Shown here: piece after piece, positions 28,861 to 41,300 of the stretch
How positions within the stretch are numbered: position 1 is the first letter of the stretch
Layout of the letters: each line of letters opens with the position of its first letter
Assembly: GCA_000708835.1 (NCBI GenBank)
Contig: DF237150.1
Span: forward strand, 84,685-148,684
DNA length: 64,000 nucleotides
Source: Klebsormidium nitens
Taxonomy: Eukaryota > Plantae > Klebsormidiophyceae
Reading direction: 5' to 3'
The notes under the pieces: model-generated
Seen by the model: the letters and a program-made list of their open reading frames with translations, nothing else
What the model was told of the DNA's origin: nothing
The model's database searches: none
Translations under genes and position numbers: made by a program

Positions 28861-30376
28861 ATGGGGACTTTCAGTGATCCTCCACCTTGCCCCGAGGAAC
28901 AGCTGATTCTCGACTTCTTCGAGGCTGTCAATGATAAGGATTCTGATAGGCTGCTGAAGATGTTCCATCCAGACTACGAGTCGGAGCAGCCGTGCTACCC
29001 AACAAGGAACTTCAAAGGAGGGGAACAGGTAACCAGTCACAACTCCTGGCCACCTTAAGATGCCAACCTTGACAGCCTATTGTCCTGATATCAACAGTCT
29101 GCTGCAAGATGCAGCTTGCAGCTACTTGCTCGCTCCTTTTTGCTAAGAATTTTCAAGCCCTGGGCAAAACCATGGCATGTCGTCGTTGTTGTTACTTCAG
29201 GTACTTGAATGTGGCAAATGCAGCGGTTGATCTCGCAGTGACCAACTCCTGAAAAAAGGTTCTACTTTGTAGGCAACAGGGAGATTCACAAAAAAATCAG
29301 GAATCCTCCAGTCACAATCACTCTTTGAAAGAGTTCAGGGCCTGAGCTGCTGATCAATAATCCTGTCGGCGTTCTTTGAATCGTGACGAACTCGGTATGT
29401 TTCAGATTTGAAAGCAAGGAGCGCCGCTCTTTACTTGTGAGGTGCTTTTGAGAGAGACTACGAGATTCACCAACACAAGTTGAAACTTGAGGCCTTTTAC
29501 TCTGCTGTGTGACTCTTGCAGATCTCAGTGTCATTTGTTAGCATGTATCAAAATTCCTTATGCATGGTCTTTCCTTCCTCCCTGATCTCTACGACGAGTC
29601 TGTACAAACTGTGCAGGACAAGAATTGAATGCACCGGACAAATAGGTTTGTGAGACTTCGTTCGTTGCAGACTTTCTTTAACCGGGGATGTCACATTGGC
29701 TTTCATGCCAGGATCCTGTTGACCATTCGCTTGCCCTTAAAGCTTCAGATCCGAAAATTATCTGGCCTGTCTTCAATTCAAGAGCTTAAATCTCACCCTT
29801 CTCCTTGCAGGTGTTGAGAAATTATGAGGCGTTGTCCAAGTTCAAGAGCGTGAAGTACACTGTTCACCGGACCGCTTTTAAGCAAGAAGGCCCGGGGCGG
29901 GTTACGGGGTTTGTGGAGTGCAGTCTGCAGGATGCAGAGAACAAAGTCAATGTCAAGGGGGTGTTCATTTATGAAACACAGGACAAACTGTTGCGAAAGG
30001 TGAGCCGTTCTTCTGTACTGGTTTTGGTCACCTACTTAATCTGACATGTTTTCCATAGATTCTCAAAGATACCTTGTGTCTCTTCCAGAATCTTGCAAAA
30101 CAAGAGTGGAGGAACGTTTCCCTTTTTTGAACATGATATGGCGCGTATCCATGTGCTGCAATGTTCTTGTCGCAACTCTCTCCACTGACAGAGTCTCTGC
30201 TTGAATGCACTTTAAAGCAAGCAATGATTACATGGAAAAAGGATAACGCATCACGGTCAAGTTTGTGAGTACTTTTCTTATGATTTCAGGGGAGTTTGTA
30301 CATGACGCCTGTTCAGAGTTCTGGGCACTCGATCGCCGAGCACTTCCGGATTGTGTCAGAGAAGGGCAAGTGGTAG
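28861..30376 (+). CDS. Small SnoaL/NTF2-like fold protein
   Basis: Three in-phase exons (28861-29028, 29811-29999, 30290-30376) give MGTFSDPPPCPEEQLILDFFEAVNDKDSDRLLKMFHPDYESEQPCYPTRNFKGGEQVLRNYEALSKFKSVKYTVHRTAF...GVFIYETQDKLLRKGSLYM...*. The F..A.N..D...L..LFHPD and G.E.V pattern is typical of SnoaL-like domains. Confidence 0.75.
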
Positions 30377-32330
30377 ATAGCTTTGCAAGCTCATTGCGCG
30401 AGTAGGTCTTCCTCCACAAAAACAAGTCAACGTCTTGCCGACTGTCAAAGGTAGAGTTGTGCAATAAAGGTCAGCGGCGGAGCAACCCAGGTGTGAAAGC
30501 ATTAGCAAAAATAAAGCGATTCTTCATACCTGTTCTTGCGTTGAACAGTAGGGCTAAGGCTGTCTAAGTGGCATGCTTATGGTGCACATGCAGTGGCAAG
30601 TCGCAAAACACCTACGCAACTAAAATAGATCTGCAGGCTAGTCGCGTGCACTGAACTTATTTACTCGGCGTGAAACACATTTTGAGTATGCAGACTTTGC
30701 TCGATTGTAGCACTTTCAGAATGTGCTGTTGACAGACCGTAAGAGGACATTTGTCAGCGTCCGGTCCGGCGTTTTATCTCTCCTGGTTAATTTCCCAGGG
30801 CCGCGCCTTGGGGACATCGCCACTTGATGATTCAGCAAATAGCATGCGGGCCCCGCTAGCCTTTGCGCCCGGTCATCATTGCGCAGGATCGATTACGAAC
30901 AGGACAATTCGATTCCATTGTTCGAATTTACTTATCGACTATAGCAGCGGCACTGCCATACAGCGAAAGCCCCCACCAACCTACATTGCATATATGTTTG
31001 TAACCACAGCAGCTGCCAGCCATCTTGTGCCTTTTGAGGATCATGGCATGCCAGCGTTTGAGTCTGCTGGCGATGATACATATAGTTCTGTACACTGTAA
31101 GCGGCCTGTAGCATTGAAACCCGTAAATTAGGCATGGCATATGATTAAGTTAATTAATGCAAGTATTGCATACTAACGCGTCACTTATGATTGGCAAGTG
31201 ACTCCGACACACGTTGTGTACTTCGATGCACGCTATGTGTCACGATTTTACGTTGAGATATGCATCACGGGAGCGCCGCCTTGATCGACTGTTAAACCAA
31301 TGATACATGTGGGAATTTGTTTATGTCTGCAGGCTAGCCTAGAGAATTATACCTGGTGGTCAGCGAGTGCATATGAAGAAACACTGGGCTTGCTACTACC
31401 ATGCGGCCATGCCGGGGCGCCATCTATCATGCACGCCATGGCCCGGTATAAAGATTGCTATCATATGTTCAACTGGAACCAAGCGCTCTTATAAGCCTGG
31501 TTGTTCAAGATGTTGAGGCCGACCATGAACTAGCTATCGGCAACGTGTAGCATCATTGCCATGGTTGCACACAGTACGCATGCGGAACTTCGGAACATGG
31601 AGCTAGCTTCCGCACGAATCGCAGATCGACTTTAGTGCCGCCAGCACCGTATAAACCACTGTACGATGATGAGATTGGGAATTGTGTGCATCTCTAACTT
31701 ATGCTGTACAGTGTAAACGTGTTGGTGAGTGGTGAGTGCAGAGTAACAAGTTCATTGAAGATGGCTGTACGGGTCAAGGTACGCACAGCTATAGTAAGCT
31801 TGGTACGGAGGATCTCTCAACGTGACGTGCAACTAATAAATATGTCATTGAATCAGACCGTTCCTAACCGAAGACTCTAGCCTGCTCCTGACAGTCGACA
31901 ACGAAACACTCTCATAAAAACGCAGTCCTAACTACAGAGGCACGGATATCATGGCAGTCCTACAAAAGCGCTTCAACGCCTCAAAGCCTCTATCACTTGA
32001 CAGGCAAAAGACCGTTCCACGACCAGTGCGAACGGAGATAGGTATGGCCTTAGGGAGAATGGAGGCCGCAACCCCCTAGACTGTAACCCACATGGGGTGT
32101 CAATCTCCCGCTCGAAACACAGGGCCACCCTGCAATCCCCGTGTCCCTTTCGTCCAGCGGTCTTTCAAGAGAGCGACTCATATCCGCTCACAGACAACGG
32201 CCCGTCTCTTCCGGCCGTCCCCTTTCGAGATCTTTGGTCGGTCTACGGACCCCGACCGCTTTTTCCAGAGATCGCGCCTCCCCCACTGTTCGGTCACTAC
32301 CCCCCCCGGATCCGCCTGGCAATCTCAGTC

Positions 32331-35300
32331 CTATTCAAAGCTTATAGCCCGGGCGGTTCGGTTCACTCTAAGGGGCGTCTCCGGCGATTGTGGGTCGTCA
32401 AAAATGTCAGGACTGTCTGGTCGTTCGCTCCCGGTGCGAGAGGAGTGACGGGAGGGTTCTGGCGTGGCCCACTCAGTGTCACCTGGCCGGTTGACCGTAC
32501 CGGGCAGATCGTCACACGACGAGGCCGGGGGCCGCCTGACGCCGGCTAGTTGCTGGAAGAGTGCCACGAGTCTGCAGGAAGGGAAGAGTGTCAAGCGGTC
32601 AGAAAGCGGACTTGATCAGGACCGGATGGGTGGTAAACTCCAATCAGCGAATATGCGAACATTCGAGGGTCGAAAGGATGAATTGGGTTGAGGGAATAAC
32701 TTCTTCTTCTTTGAAGAGGATGATTTCAAATGAGCCTACGCGAGAAAATTGACCACTTTCTAGGGACGAAGGTAATGTGCTCCGCTGCTACGACATCTTT
32801 AAAACTTTTCATACCAAAGGTTTCAGAGCAGAGTACGGCTACCCCAGAGTAGTAAACAGCAAAAGAGTTCCATAGAAGAAGCGTACAGGCAGTTTTCTTT
32901 CTGCGTCCGGATCAAGAGCGGTTTTTCAAGGGTCCTTTACTACTGCCACAGTCTGCTATTCCGTGCATCACTGTCGCTGGTTCGATCGCCCAAAAGCGAT
33001 GACGTCATCTTGACATCACAAAAAGGCGGATCGTCAGCCAAGGCCTCAAACTTTCAGCAGAAGGGACTTACTGGTTCACGAGTTGCGCCGCGAGGCTGAG
33101 CAGGAAGAGGGCGACCATGGCCCAGGCGATGCCGCTCTGGTGGACGCCGTTGGGCGCCTGGAGGAAAACGAGCGCGCACACGAAGATGCCCACCTCGCAC
33201 GCGCACGATAGCGTCTCCACGAATTGGAGCCGCCGGCTTATGAACGGCTGCAAGGTGCATAAGCGGACAGTATAAGCGGGGAGGGCACTTGAGAAAACCG
33301 CAGCTCTTATGTTCATCGAAGCAGCCGCCTCTCAAAATTTGTTGCATCAAGAAAAAGGCGGAGAACGAAAACATGGCCGCTACAGCGAAGCAGTGACAGC
33401 AGCGAAGGTCTATTCATTGTCGGCGTACACGTTTAATGAACACCTAAAATTGGGGAAAGTTCTTGTCCTTATCTGGCAGAACCTCCTTTGAGAGTGTCAA
33501 TCGGCTCACCCGTATCAATATCAGGAGGAAGACCTGCACGATTGACACCGCCAGCACCGCCACAACCTGACCCAAGCTGTGCTGCGAGCTCCCAAACGCC
33601 CCCAGCAGAATGGCATACGCTATCACGCGCGTCAGCTCGATGACGCGATAAGATACGCGCGCCCTCGAGGCGCGCCGCTCCTTATTCGTACCCCCCCGCC
33701 CTACGTCAGCACCCGTGGTCCCGTCTGTTCGAGGCGGCGTTTTCTGTGGGGTATTCGTTCCGGTTCCGGTCGGGAAATACGGAGCGGAAGACGGATCGGA
33801 GACGACGGCCAGCCCGCGGGTGTCCTCGAAGAGACTGCCCCATCGCGACAAGAACCTGCGGAGAGGGAGTCGATGACGTCAGTGAAGACGTCACGATTGA
33901 TCCAAAGGAGATGTCGTAAACACAGCATGCAACATGCGCTGCTAGAAATCTGTGGCATCCGGGAACGAAGGCTCGACTCTGCGAGCTTGCGCATGCGTCT
34001 GGTAGGTGGCCAAAGTTCGGCATCTAGATCAGAAGAACGTCTTCTCGGAAGGGCGGGTTATACATTTACTAAGGTTTCAAAGACTGTTGTGGGGAGGGGT
34101 GACGCATGTCCCTAAGTCGACTGTTCAAACGTTTCTCGAAGAGATTGGGTCGGCTATCAGCCCACTTCTCGTCGAACCCATGCTTTACTCCAGACTCATG
34201 CAAACCGTTCTTTTCTAAGTGCACCACGAAAAAGGAATGCAAGATGGCGGAAAAAAGGAAACACAAGGGGTCTGCTCACTTCGTTTCCCCCGGTTGTATC
34301 GAGACCCAGTACCCTTTCCCCGGTCGCTTTCTCGACAACAGCCGCTGGAATCTCCCCCCTTTGGGCGCCCCGTCCTCATCTACGCTGGCCAGGAAATAAC
34401 CAACTCGCTCGCCCTGAGAGGATGCCAAATTCGGAAGTTTAAAGTGAGGCTTTTCAGGTGAGGGTTTAGAGCGAAGTCTCAAGGACGTGCAAAGGGCGGC
34501 GGGAAGAAACGCACGCAGAGTAATAGCGCACAATCTGCCCAGCGGATGGCCATCGTATGGCGAATGCAGGCGCTTTCCAAATTCTGCCTCGGTTTTGAAT
34601 AGTCGAAGATGGAAGAGGTTACCGGGCCTCATTATCAAATGCACAGAAAGCACATCTGAACCACGAGCAGCTTCTCACAAAAGTTAGAACTTCGAAAAAG
34701 AGGAATGATGAGGAACTTTGCCTTGGCGTCGAAAGGACGAAAGAGGAGGACGAGTTTCCAAACTCACCCGCACGACTTTGATCCACAGGAACAGCAGCAT
34801 CCAGACGACGAACAGCCCCGGCCAGAGAACTAGAAGCGCGAGCCCCAGCCCGAGGCCCCACGCGGACGTCCCCGCGATGACGATCGAACTAGAGTGCGCG
34901 ATCCCCGCCACCGTTACCGCCACCAAGAACAGCTCGAAGCGCGGGTGGAGGAGCGCCCCGGTGGCCAAATTGCGCCCGCGCACGCGTGCGCGCCACACGG
35001 CGAAGAGGAGAGTGTGCAGGAAAGTGAGGACGATGAGGAAGACGACGGCCCAGATGAGCGCGCGCCAAAACTGACGGAACCTGCAGGGGAACGGTGGCTG
35101 GTTAGAAGAGTCTCGAGGGGGTTCGACAATCGTACCAATTTTGGATTAGTTGCTAGTCAATCAGACTCCGGCTGCAGAAAGAGGCCTTCAGAATGGCCGT
35201 CACAGTACCGGTTATCCACACTAATGGACAGGCGACGCAATTGGCGAAACCTGCAGGGGAAAGCTGGCTAGTTAGCAGGCGTCTTTAGGGGGTTTCGCGC

Positions 35301-38300
35301 TCGAGGCTCTGGCAATGCTGAGAATCTCGTCGTCAATGAAAGCCTCTGATGCATCCGAAGCAAGCTCTCCGAAAGGCTGCCAGAGGCGGAGTACTGGAAG
35401 CTGTCGGACCGTTGACAACCCTAGGAGAACGACACACGGTCAATTCGCACATTTTTGGTTCAATAATCTCGACGAAGTCTATTCAATCCGCGAATCTTAC
35501 TCGGCCTGCCCCACCGGGTTGTTCAACCGAGAGCCTGCCGTTCACTGCTGCAGATACGGGAGATGTGCAAACCGTCTGACAGCCTGCAACGTCACGGACC
35601 CATCAGACTTCGACGAGTCCCGTAAAGAGCAGATGCGAAATGTCGAAGTTCAGTCACAAACTCACTCCGCGTGCCCCCCCGGGTTGTTCACCCGGGCACT
35701 CAGGAAGCCTGCCGTCCACTGCTGCAGGTACGAAAACTCGACCGGGGTCAGCTCCGGGACGCCCCCGGCAGCCGGCGCCTGCAGCAGCGACCGCCGCTGG
35801 TACGTGATGATCTCAGCGAGGACGTCAGGAGTCCACGTGGCAGCTTTCCCGGACGCGCTGGTGTCTCCTTCGGACGCCCCCGTTTCGATCCCGGACGTCG
35901 CCGTGCTTTTTCCGGACGGTTTGGCGCTTTGCCCGGACGCAGTGAGGACCCTTCCGGACGGCCTGATGTTATTTTCGGACGCACCAAAACCTTCCTCGAA
36001 CGCTCCAATTCCTTCTTCGGACGCTTCGGTTCGAAGTTCGGAGGTGTTGGTGTTTGTTTCGGACGCTTCGGCACCCCGATTCAACGCCCCAGCCGCGCCG
36101 AGCGTGCCCGGGTCACGGGACCACCGACTCAGGGCCGAGTGGATGCTGACGTCATCCTCGGACGGTTCGGATCGCTCCTCGTACGCTACGTACCGGGAAC
36201 CAACCGTTTCGGACATCAGGGCGCGCTTGGCGCCGTCCAGTTCCCAGTCGGGGTGGAGGCTCATGGCATATTTCAGCGCCTGAGTCGAGCTATGCCTGGC
36301 GCGCTCGATAGGCGATCCCCCTCCCCCATACGCTATCCGCTCCTCGCTCACGCCCGCGCGGTCGGCGTCAAAACGGTGGTGCAAACCGAGCTCGTCCGGG
36401 TTGGTCTTATACAGCAGTTCCCCGTCGTTGAGGTGTAGGAAAACGGGTTTGGTGGACGGATCATCCTTTAACCTGCGGGCGTGGCTCTGACCCGCGTTTA
36501 ACCCGTCCCTTTCCGTAAGACACTCATCGTCCCCCGTGCACTTCAAACCCCTCCTCGTCGAAACCTCTACCCGATCCCACTCGTGGCCTCGATTTGGCCC
36601 CGGCAACAAACCCGGAAGGAAGGCCGACGCCGAGCGGTTTCCGCCGAGACTTTCGTACCCGTTTTGGGTTTCGAGAAGGCCTAACCGTGCGGTTAGAGAG
36701 AGGAACCGCTGCTGTAGGGCAGCGCAATCGGTGGTCGCGGCGGCGCCGGTCTTCTCGCGCGCGAGGTTGAGGTTGTCGAACAACTTGGTATCCTCCGGGA
36801 GAGGGACCTGGGGTCAAAGCGGAAAACTTAGTCAGGATTAATCCGAGTCAGGGTTCAAGTCAGGGTTATGGTTAGACCGAGGGTTGAAGATACGAGCAAA
36901 CGAAGCCACAACAATCGAAGATAACAGCTTCGAGGTGCTGAAGAGGGCCTGAATCGTAAAAGCTTACTAAGCGACGAAGGCGAAAAGTTGAAAGAAACAG
37001 GTCTGGTAACAAAAGATAACTCAAAGAGCTCTGTTGGTTTTGTCCCACGTTAAGAGTTTGAGCGACTGATACAGTAGAGCAACGGACATGCTCTGCCTAA
37101 TCTACCAGCACAGAAGGGCACGAGGTGATAGATGCACGAACGTTTGTTGCAAGTGAAGCGAGACAGAAAGACGAAAAGTCTCAAGTTCAGCTCGGAATAG
37201 TGAGAATCCGAAGCAAGAATAGGGGGACAAAGGACGAAGCAGCTATGAAACCATATTGTCTCTCACTCAAAAGCGAGAGACAGCCACAAAAAGCAAGTTC
37301 TGCTGCAACATTTGGCACACGCAATAGATGATTACGATAGAAGATGCGTGCCCGTTTTAAGCCGCGGAATCAGAGTGATCATCAACCACACACCTGGAAG
37401 AGCGTCCAGCGCAGTCCGTGCGCGCACTCCCGGAACAGCGTGGGCAGCGGAACGGCCAGGCGTTCCGCCATCGCAAAGAGCTGCATGTGGAAAAGAGTCC
37501 CCAGCAGATTCCGCGCCGGGTGCGTTCCGATCACCGGAGAGAAGCTCCCGGGCGGAAGCGGCTGCGAGGAGAGGTACCCCGAGAGCCCCGGGGGCGCCAC
37601 GTGGCCGCGTGACGTGTACGCAACGAGCGCTGACGTGGCGCCGGAGAGGAGCGCGGTGGTGCCGAAGGCGGCGGTGGAGGTGGCCCACACCGCCTGGGCC
37701 TGGCGGGTGACGTCACCTGCGGGGAGAGGTGACGTCAGCGAGAGGAAAGCGGGAGAGGGAGCCGATACAAGGGGTTTCACGATGAGCAGGGACTCAGCCG
37801 AGAAAGTGCTGGGTCTGATGGCTCGCATTGAATACGGGAGGAAATGACGTCAGCAGAGACAGCAAAGACTGCTGAAAGGAACGACGGAAAACGGGAAAAG
37901 CTCCTTCGAGTACGCAATGGGCCCAACCCATCCGAAACGGTTCTACTTAGACGATGCTACTTTTGGCGAGCTTTGAGCGCTCTGTTTACAGAAAACCACG
38001 CCTCGAATCTTCAGTGCCACCAACCACTGGATTCCACTGAATAACAGACGGCAGTGCGGATTCAACGCAGCAAAGCTGAGAGCGAGCCTTACGGATGTCA
38101 ACGAGTAGGACGTTGGACGCCTGGTTAGCGTTGCCGTAGTTATCCCTAACCACGCCCGCCGGGACGCTAATCTCGAGGTGCGAGGTTTTGGGGGTTTGGA
38201 CCAGGACTTGGAACACGCGCCCGACGTTCTGGTCCACGGACGAAAAGCTGCGGACGGGTTAGGGACGGGGTTAGCAAAACCGTTGCGAGCAAGGTTAGCG

Positions 38301-41300
38301 TTCCATAATAGGCAAGATACCCCGTCAGGGGGGCATGGTTTGGCATCCGGGTAACATGGAGACGACAAGAGCCGATACAGACAGGTATCATGCAAGAGAA
38401 ATATCCGAAGAAGCAGCAATACTTTTCAAAATCGCGGGGGAGTCGGACAGGGTTTAAAGACATATCGCAAATCGCTCGCAAGTTGCTTCGGTGGCGACTT
38501 CGCCAATGGGCACGTGTCACAACGCCCATTTATATTGGGAGCAAAACTCCAACTCATATTGGAACACAGCGCCCTCTTATACTGGAATCACAACGCCACT
38601 TAATTTAGGATCACCCACTTATACTGGGATCGATGATAACGGGTTAATGTTAATAACTTGCCAGCTAATGTTGCCGCCCGTAATCCGGACGTCCGCCTGC
38701 GCGAAGCCGAGGGCCGCCGATGAGAACTCGATGAGCACGGGGAAGAGCCGCTCGGACGTCCGCCGGGGGACGCTCGTCACGATGCGGACGGTGAGCGGAT
38801 CCGTGTCTGTATAGAAGAGCGCAGATTGTTGTTATGTTGGATTCAAGGGTACTTTCTTTGTTCAGGCACTTGTTGCTGTTTTTGTTGGTTCTTCCTCCCC
38901 CCGCCTTTTACCCAGTTTTCAGAACTCGAGAGTCACAAAAGTCAGGCTTACATACTGAGGTCCCGAAGACAGATTCTCTGTGGATTTAAGTAACAACCAG
39001 ATTAGATCTCGCCCAACCCGGCATCGTACGCTCGCTTGAACTTTGGAATAGTCGTGGAAAACATCATCTTCTTTTCAAAGGAGAAGGGGCGGGCATCGTC
39101 AGCTGTCGACCGAACAGACGCCAAGCTGGCTGTATCAGCGGTTGCGCATTTGTAAGCGTGTTCTTTTCAAAGCTGGCGCGAGAATTTCCGCGTTTGCAAG
39201 ACTCGTAAAGTGGTCAGACCCGTCAGAATGTAGAGCACAAGCGCGTGAAGTTGGAATTGCTATCATCAGCCGTGTGAGAGGTAGTGAGAGTTGAGCAGTG
39301 TAGCGATAGTACTCAAGTGGGTGTACGTGTGTGCAATTCTGATCTTACCCGCATGCCCCGGACATCGAAGGACGGTTCCGCCGGAATCCTTTCAGTGGGT
39401 TGCTGCCCGGAACCCGTGGAGAAGAGCGAGCAGTCGTGCGTGTTGTGTGCTACGGTGCGGAAGCGCCCGCTGTGTGCAGGGGCGCGTTCACACTGGTGGC
39501 TGGGTGCGTGAGAGCGCCCAGTGTGAAAAAGCTCGTGATGTGTGCAGTGTTGAGAAACACGATTCTGTGCGGTAGAGACGCCTGTGATGTGCAGTGTGAA
39601 TAAGGCCGTGGGTGGGTGTGAAGAGTCACAGATGTGTGGATGGTGCGTCAGTCCAGTGCTGGAAGGAAAAAAAATTGGCGTTTTTGCCGTTTGAATTCGA
39701 GTCGGGAGAAAAGAAGCCATGAAGTATCAAATTTAGAACTTCTCCCGGTTGCAGTAGACTGGCAGCGAGATAGCATAGAGCAGGCTCCAGAAGGTTTCAA
39801 GATCTGCTGATCGAGCCTTCAGAACTGCAAAGCCCACTCTTGAATTCTTAAAGTCAAACCGTGTCACAACACGATTCAGCACAATTCCTGCAAAATCATG
39901 CGCCTCATACCTCGTGTGCGACGAGAACCTGCTTAATAAAAATTCAATCGTGAAGATCCTTGATTCGAGCTACTTACTGACAAAGACGGTAGTTGACCCA
40001 GATGCCCCGGATGACGTCACAGCCCCAAGGGGAAGCGTTACGGTGACAGGAGTCGCAATTTTGGACTGGGGCTCCGGAAATGCCATAACCCGGTAAGAGT
40101 CCTGAGCGGCTGTGGGTGCTCCGGTAGATTGGATCTGGTGGAAAGTGCAGAAGAGCATTCGTCTTGCTTGCCAGCTGTTTTAAAGTCTTGTTCCTTAGGT
40201 GTGGTAAATTAAGTGTCTGTTCTTATGCCATTTCAAGGGGGTGATTAGCATGGGGTTCGATGATACGAGGTTCAGAAAACGCGAGAGTCAGGGCTGAACT
40301 TGATAGCAGAATTCATTGACGCTTGCGCGCAAGTTTCTTGCTGTCTCTGTCGACTTCAGCTCAGAAGCAGAACCTGGATATTGCAGAGACATAGCCAAAG
40401 CCGTCATTGCGCGCTCGCATGCGAGAACGGCACTTTGCAGCAAAGCTTGCTTCCACGTATCATAAGCGGGGCTGCTTATGCTGGAAACCCGACCTACCTG
40501 AAACGTATACGTGTTGTTCCCCACTGGTACCGGCTGCCCAACGACCGCCCCGTTCGTAACGTTGATACTGTTCGCGCTCACGTTCGTTACGTTCTCCGGG
40601 AAGGTGATGTTCAGCGGAAACACGGATGCGTTCGTGACGAGCCCCGTGAAAGTCTGTCCAGTTGGCAGCGTAAAGTTCGACTGCGCCAAACTCGGGACCG
40701 GGGTGGGTGTAACGATCGGGGCCACAGTAGGGACGAGCGTTACGTTGCCGACCGGGCCAGCTGTCGGCACAACGAGCGACGGGCTCCCTGTTGCGTTTGT
40801 TGCCGCAGTTGGTCCTGGCACCAAAGTTGGAAGCAGGGTTGCGTTTGGGGCGGCAGTCGAGTTTGGTGTCAATGTGGGGCTTCCGGTTGCGTTAGTTGGC
40901 GCAGTGGGACCTGGCACCAAGGTTGGAAGCAGGGTTGCGTTTGGGGCGACGGTCGTATTTGGTGTCAATGTGGGCAGAGGGGTGGTTGCATTGAATGCAG
41001 GGGTTTCGGTTGGGGGGGGTAACGATGGAGTCGGGGTTGGGGTACTGGTAACCCCCGGGGTTAGGGTGGCGTTTGGGGTTGGCAGCGGTGCCATTTCAGA
41101 CGGGGTGGGTAGAGGCGTTCCACTCGGAGACGGTGTTCCGGTGGTGGCAGGGGTTTCCGTTGGGGTTGGAGTCTCCGTTGGAGCAGGGGTTCCGGTCGTT
41201 GGAGCTGGCGTTCCGCTCGCTGAGGGTGTCTCAGTAGGAGCGGAGCTTTCGGTTGGGGAAGGCGTGCCCGTCGGTGGAGTAGTTCCCGTCGGAGAAGGGC

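Noticed and set aside
35315-36438. Plus-strand ORFs of 322 and 255 aa
   Set aside because: They are antisense to the 36807-35666 exon of the giant TM gene, whose phases fit its neighbours.
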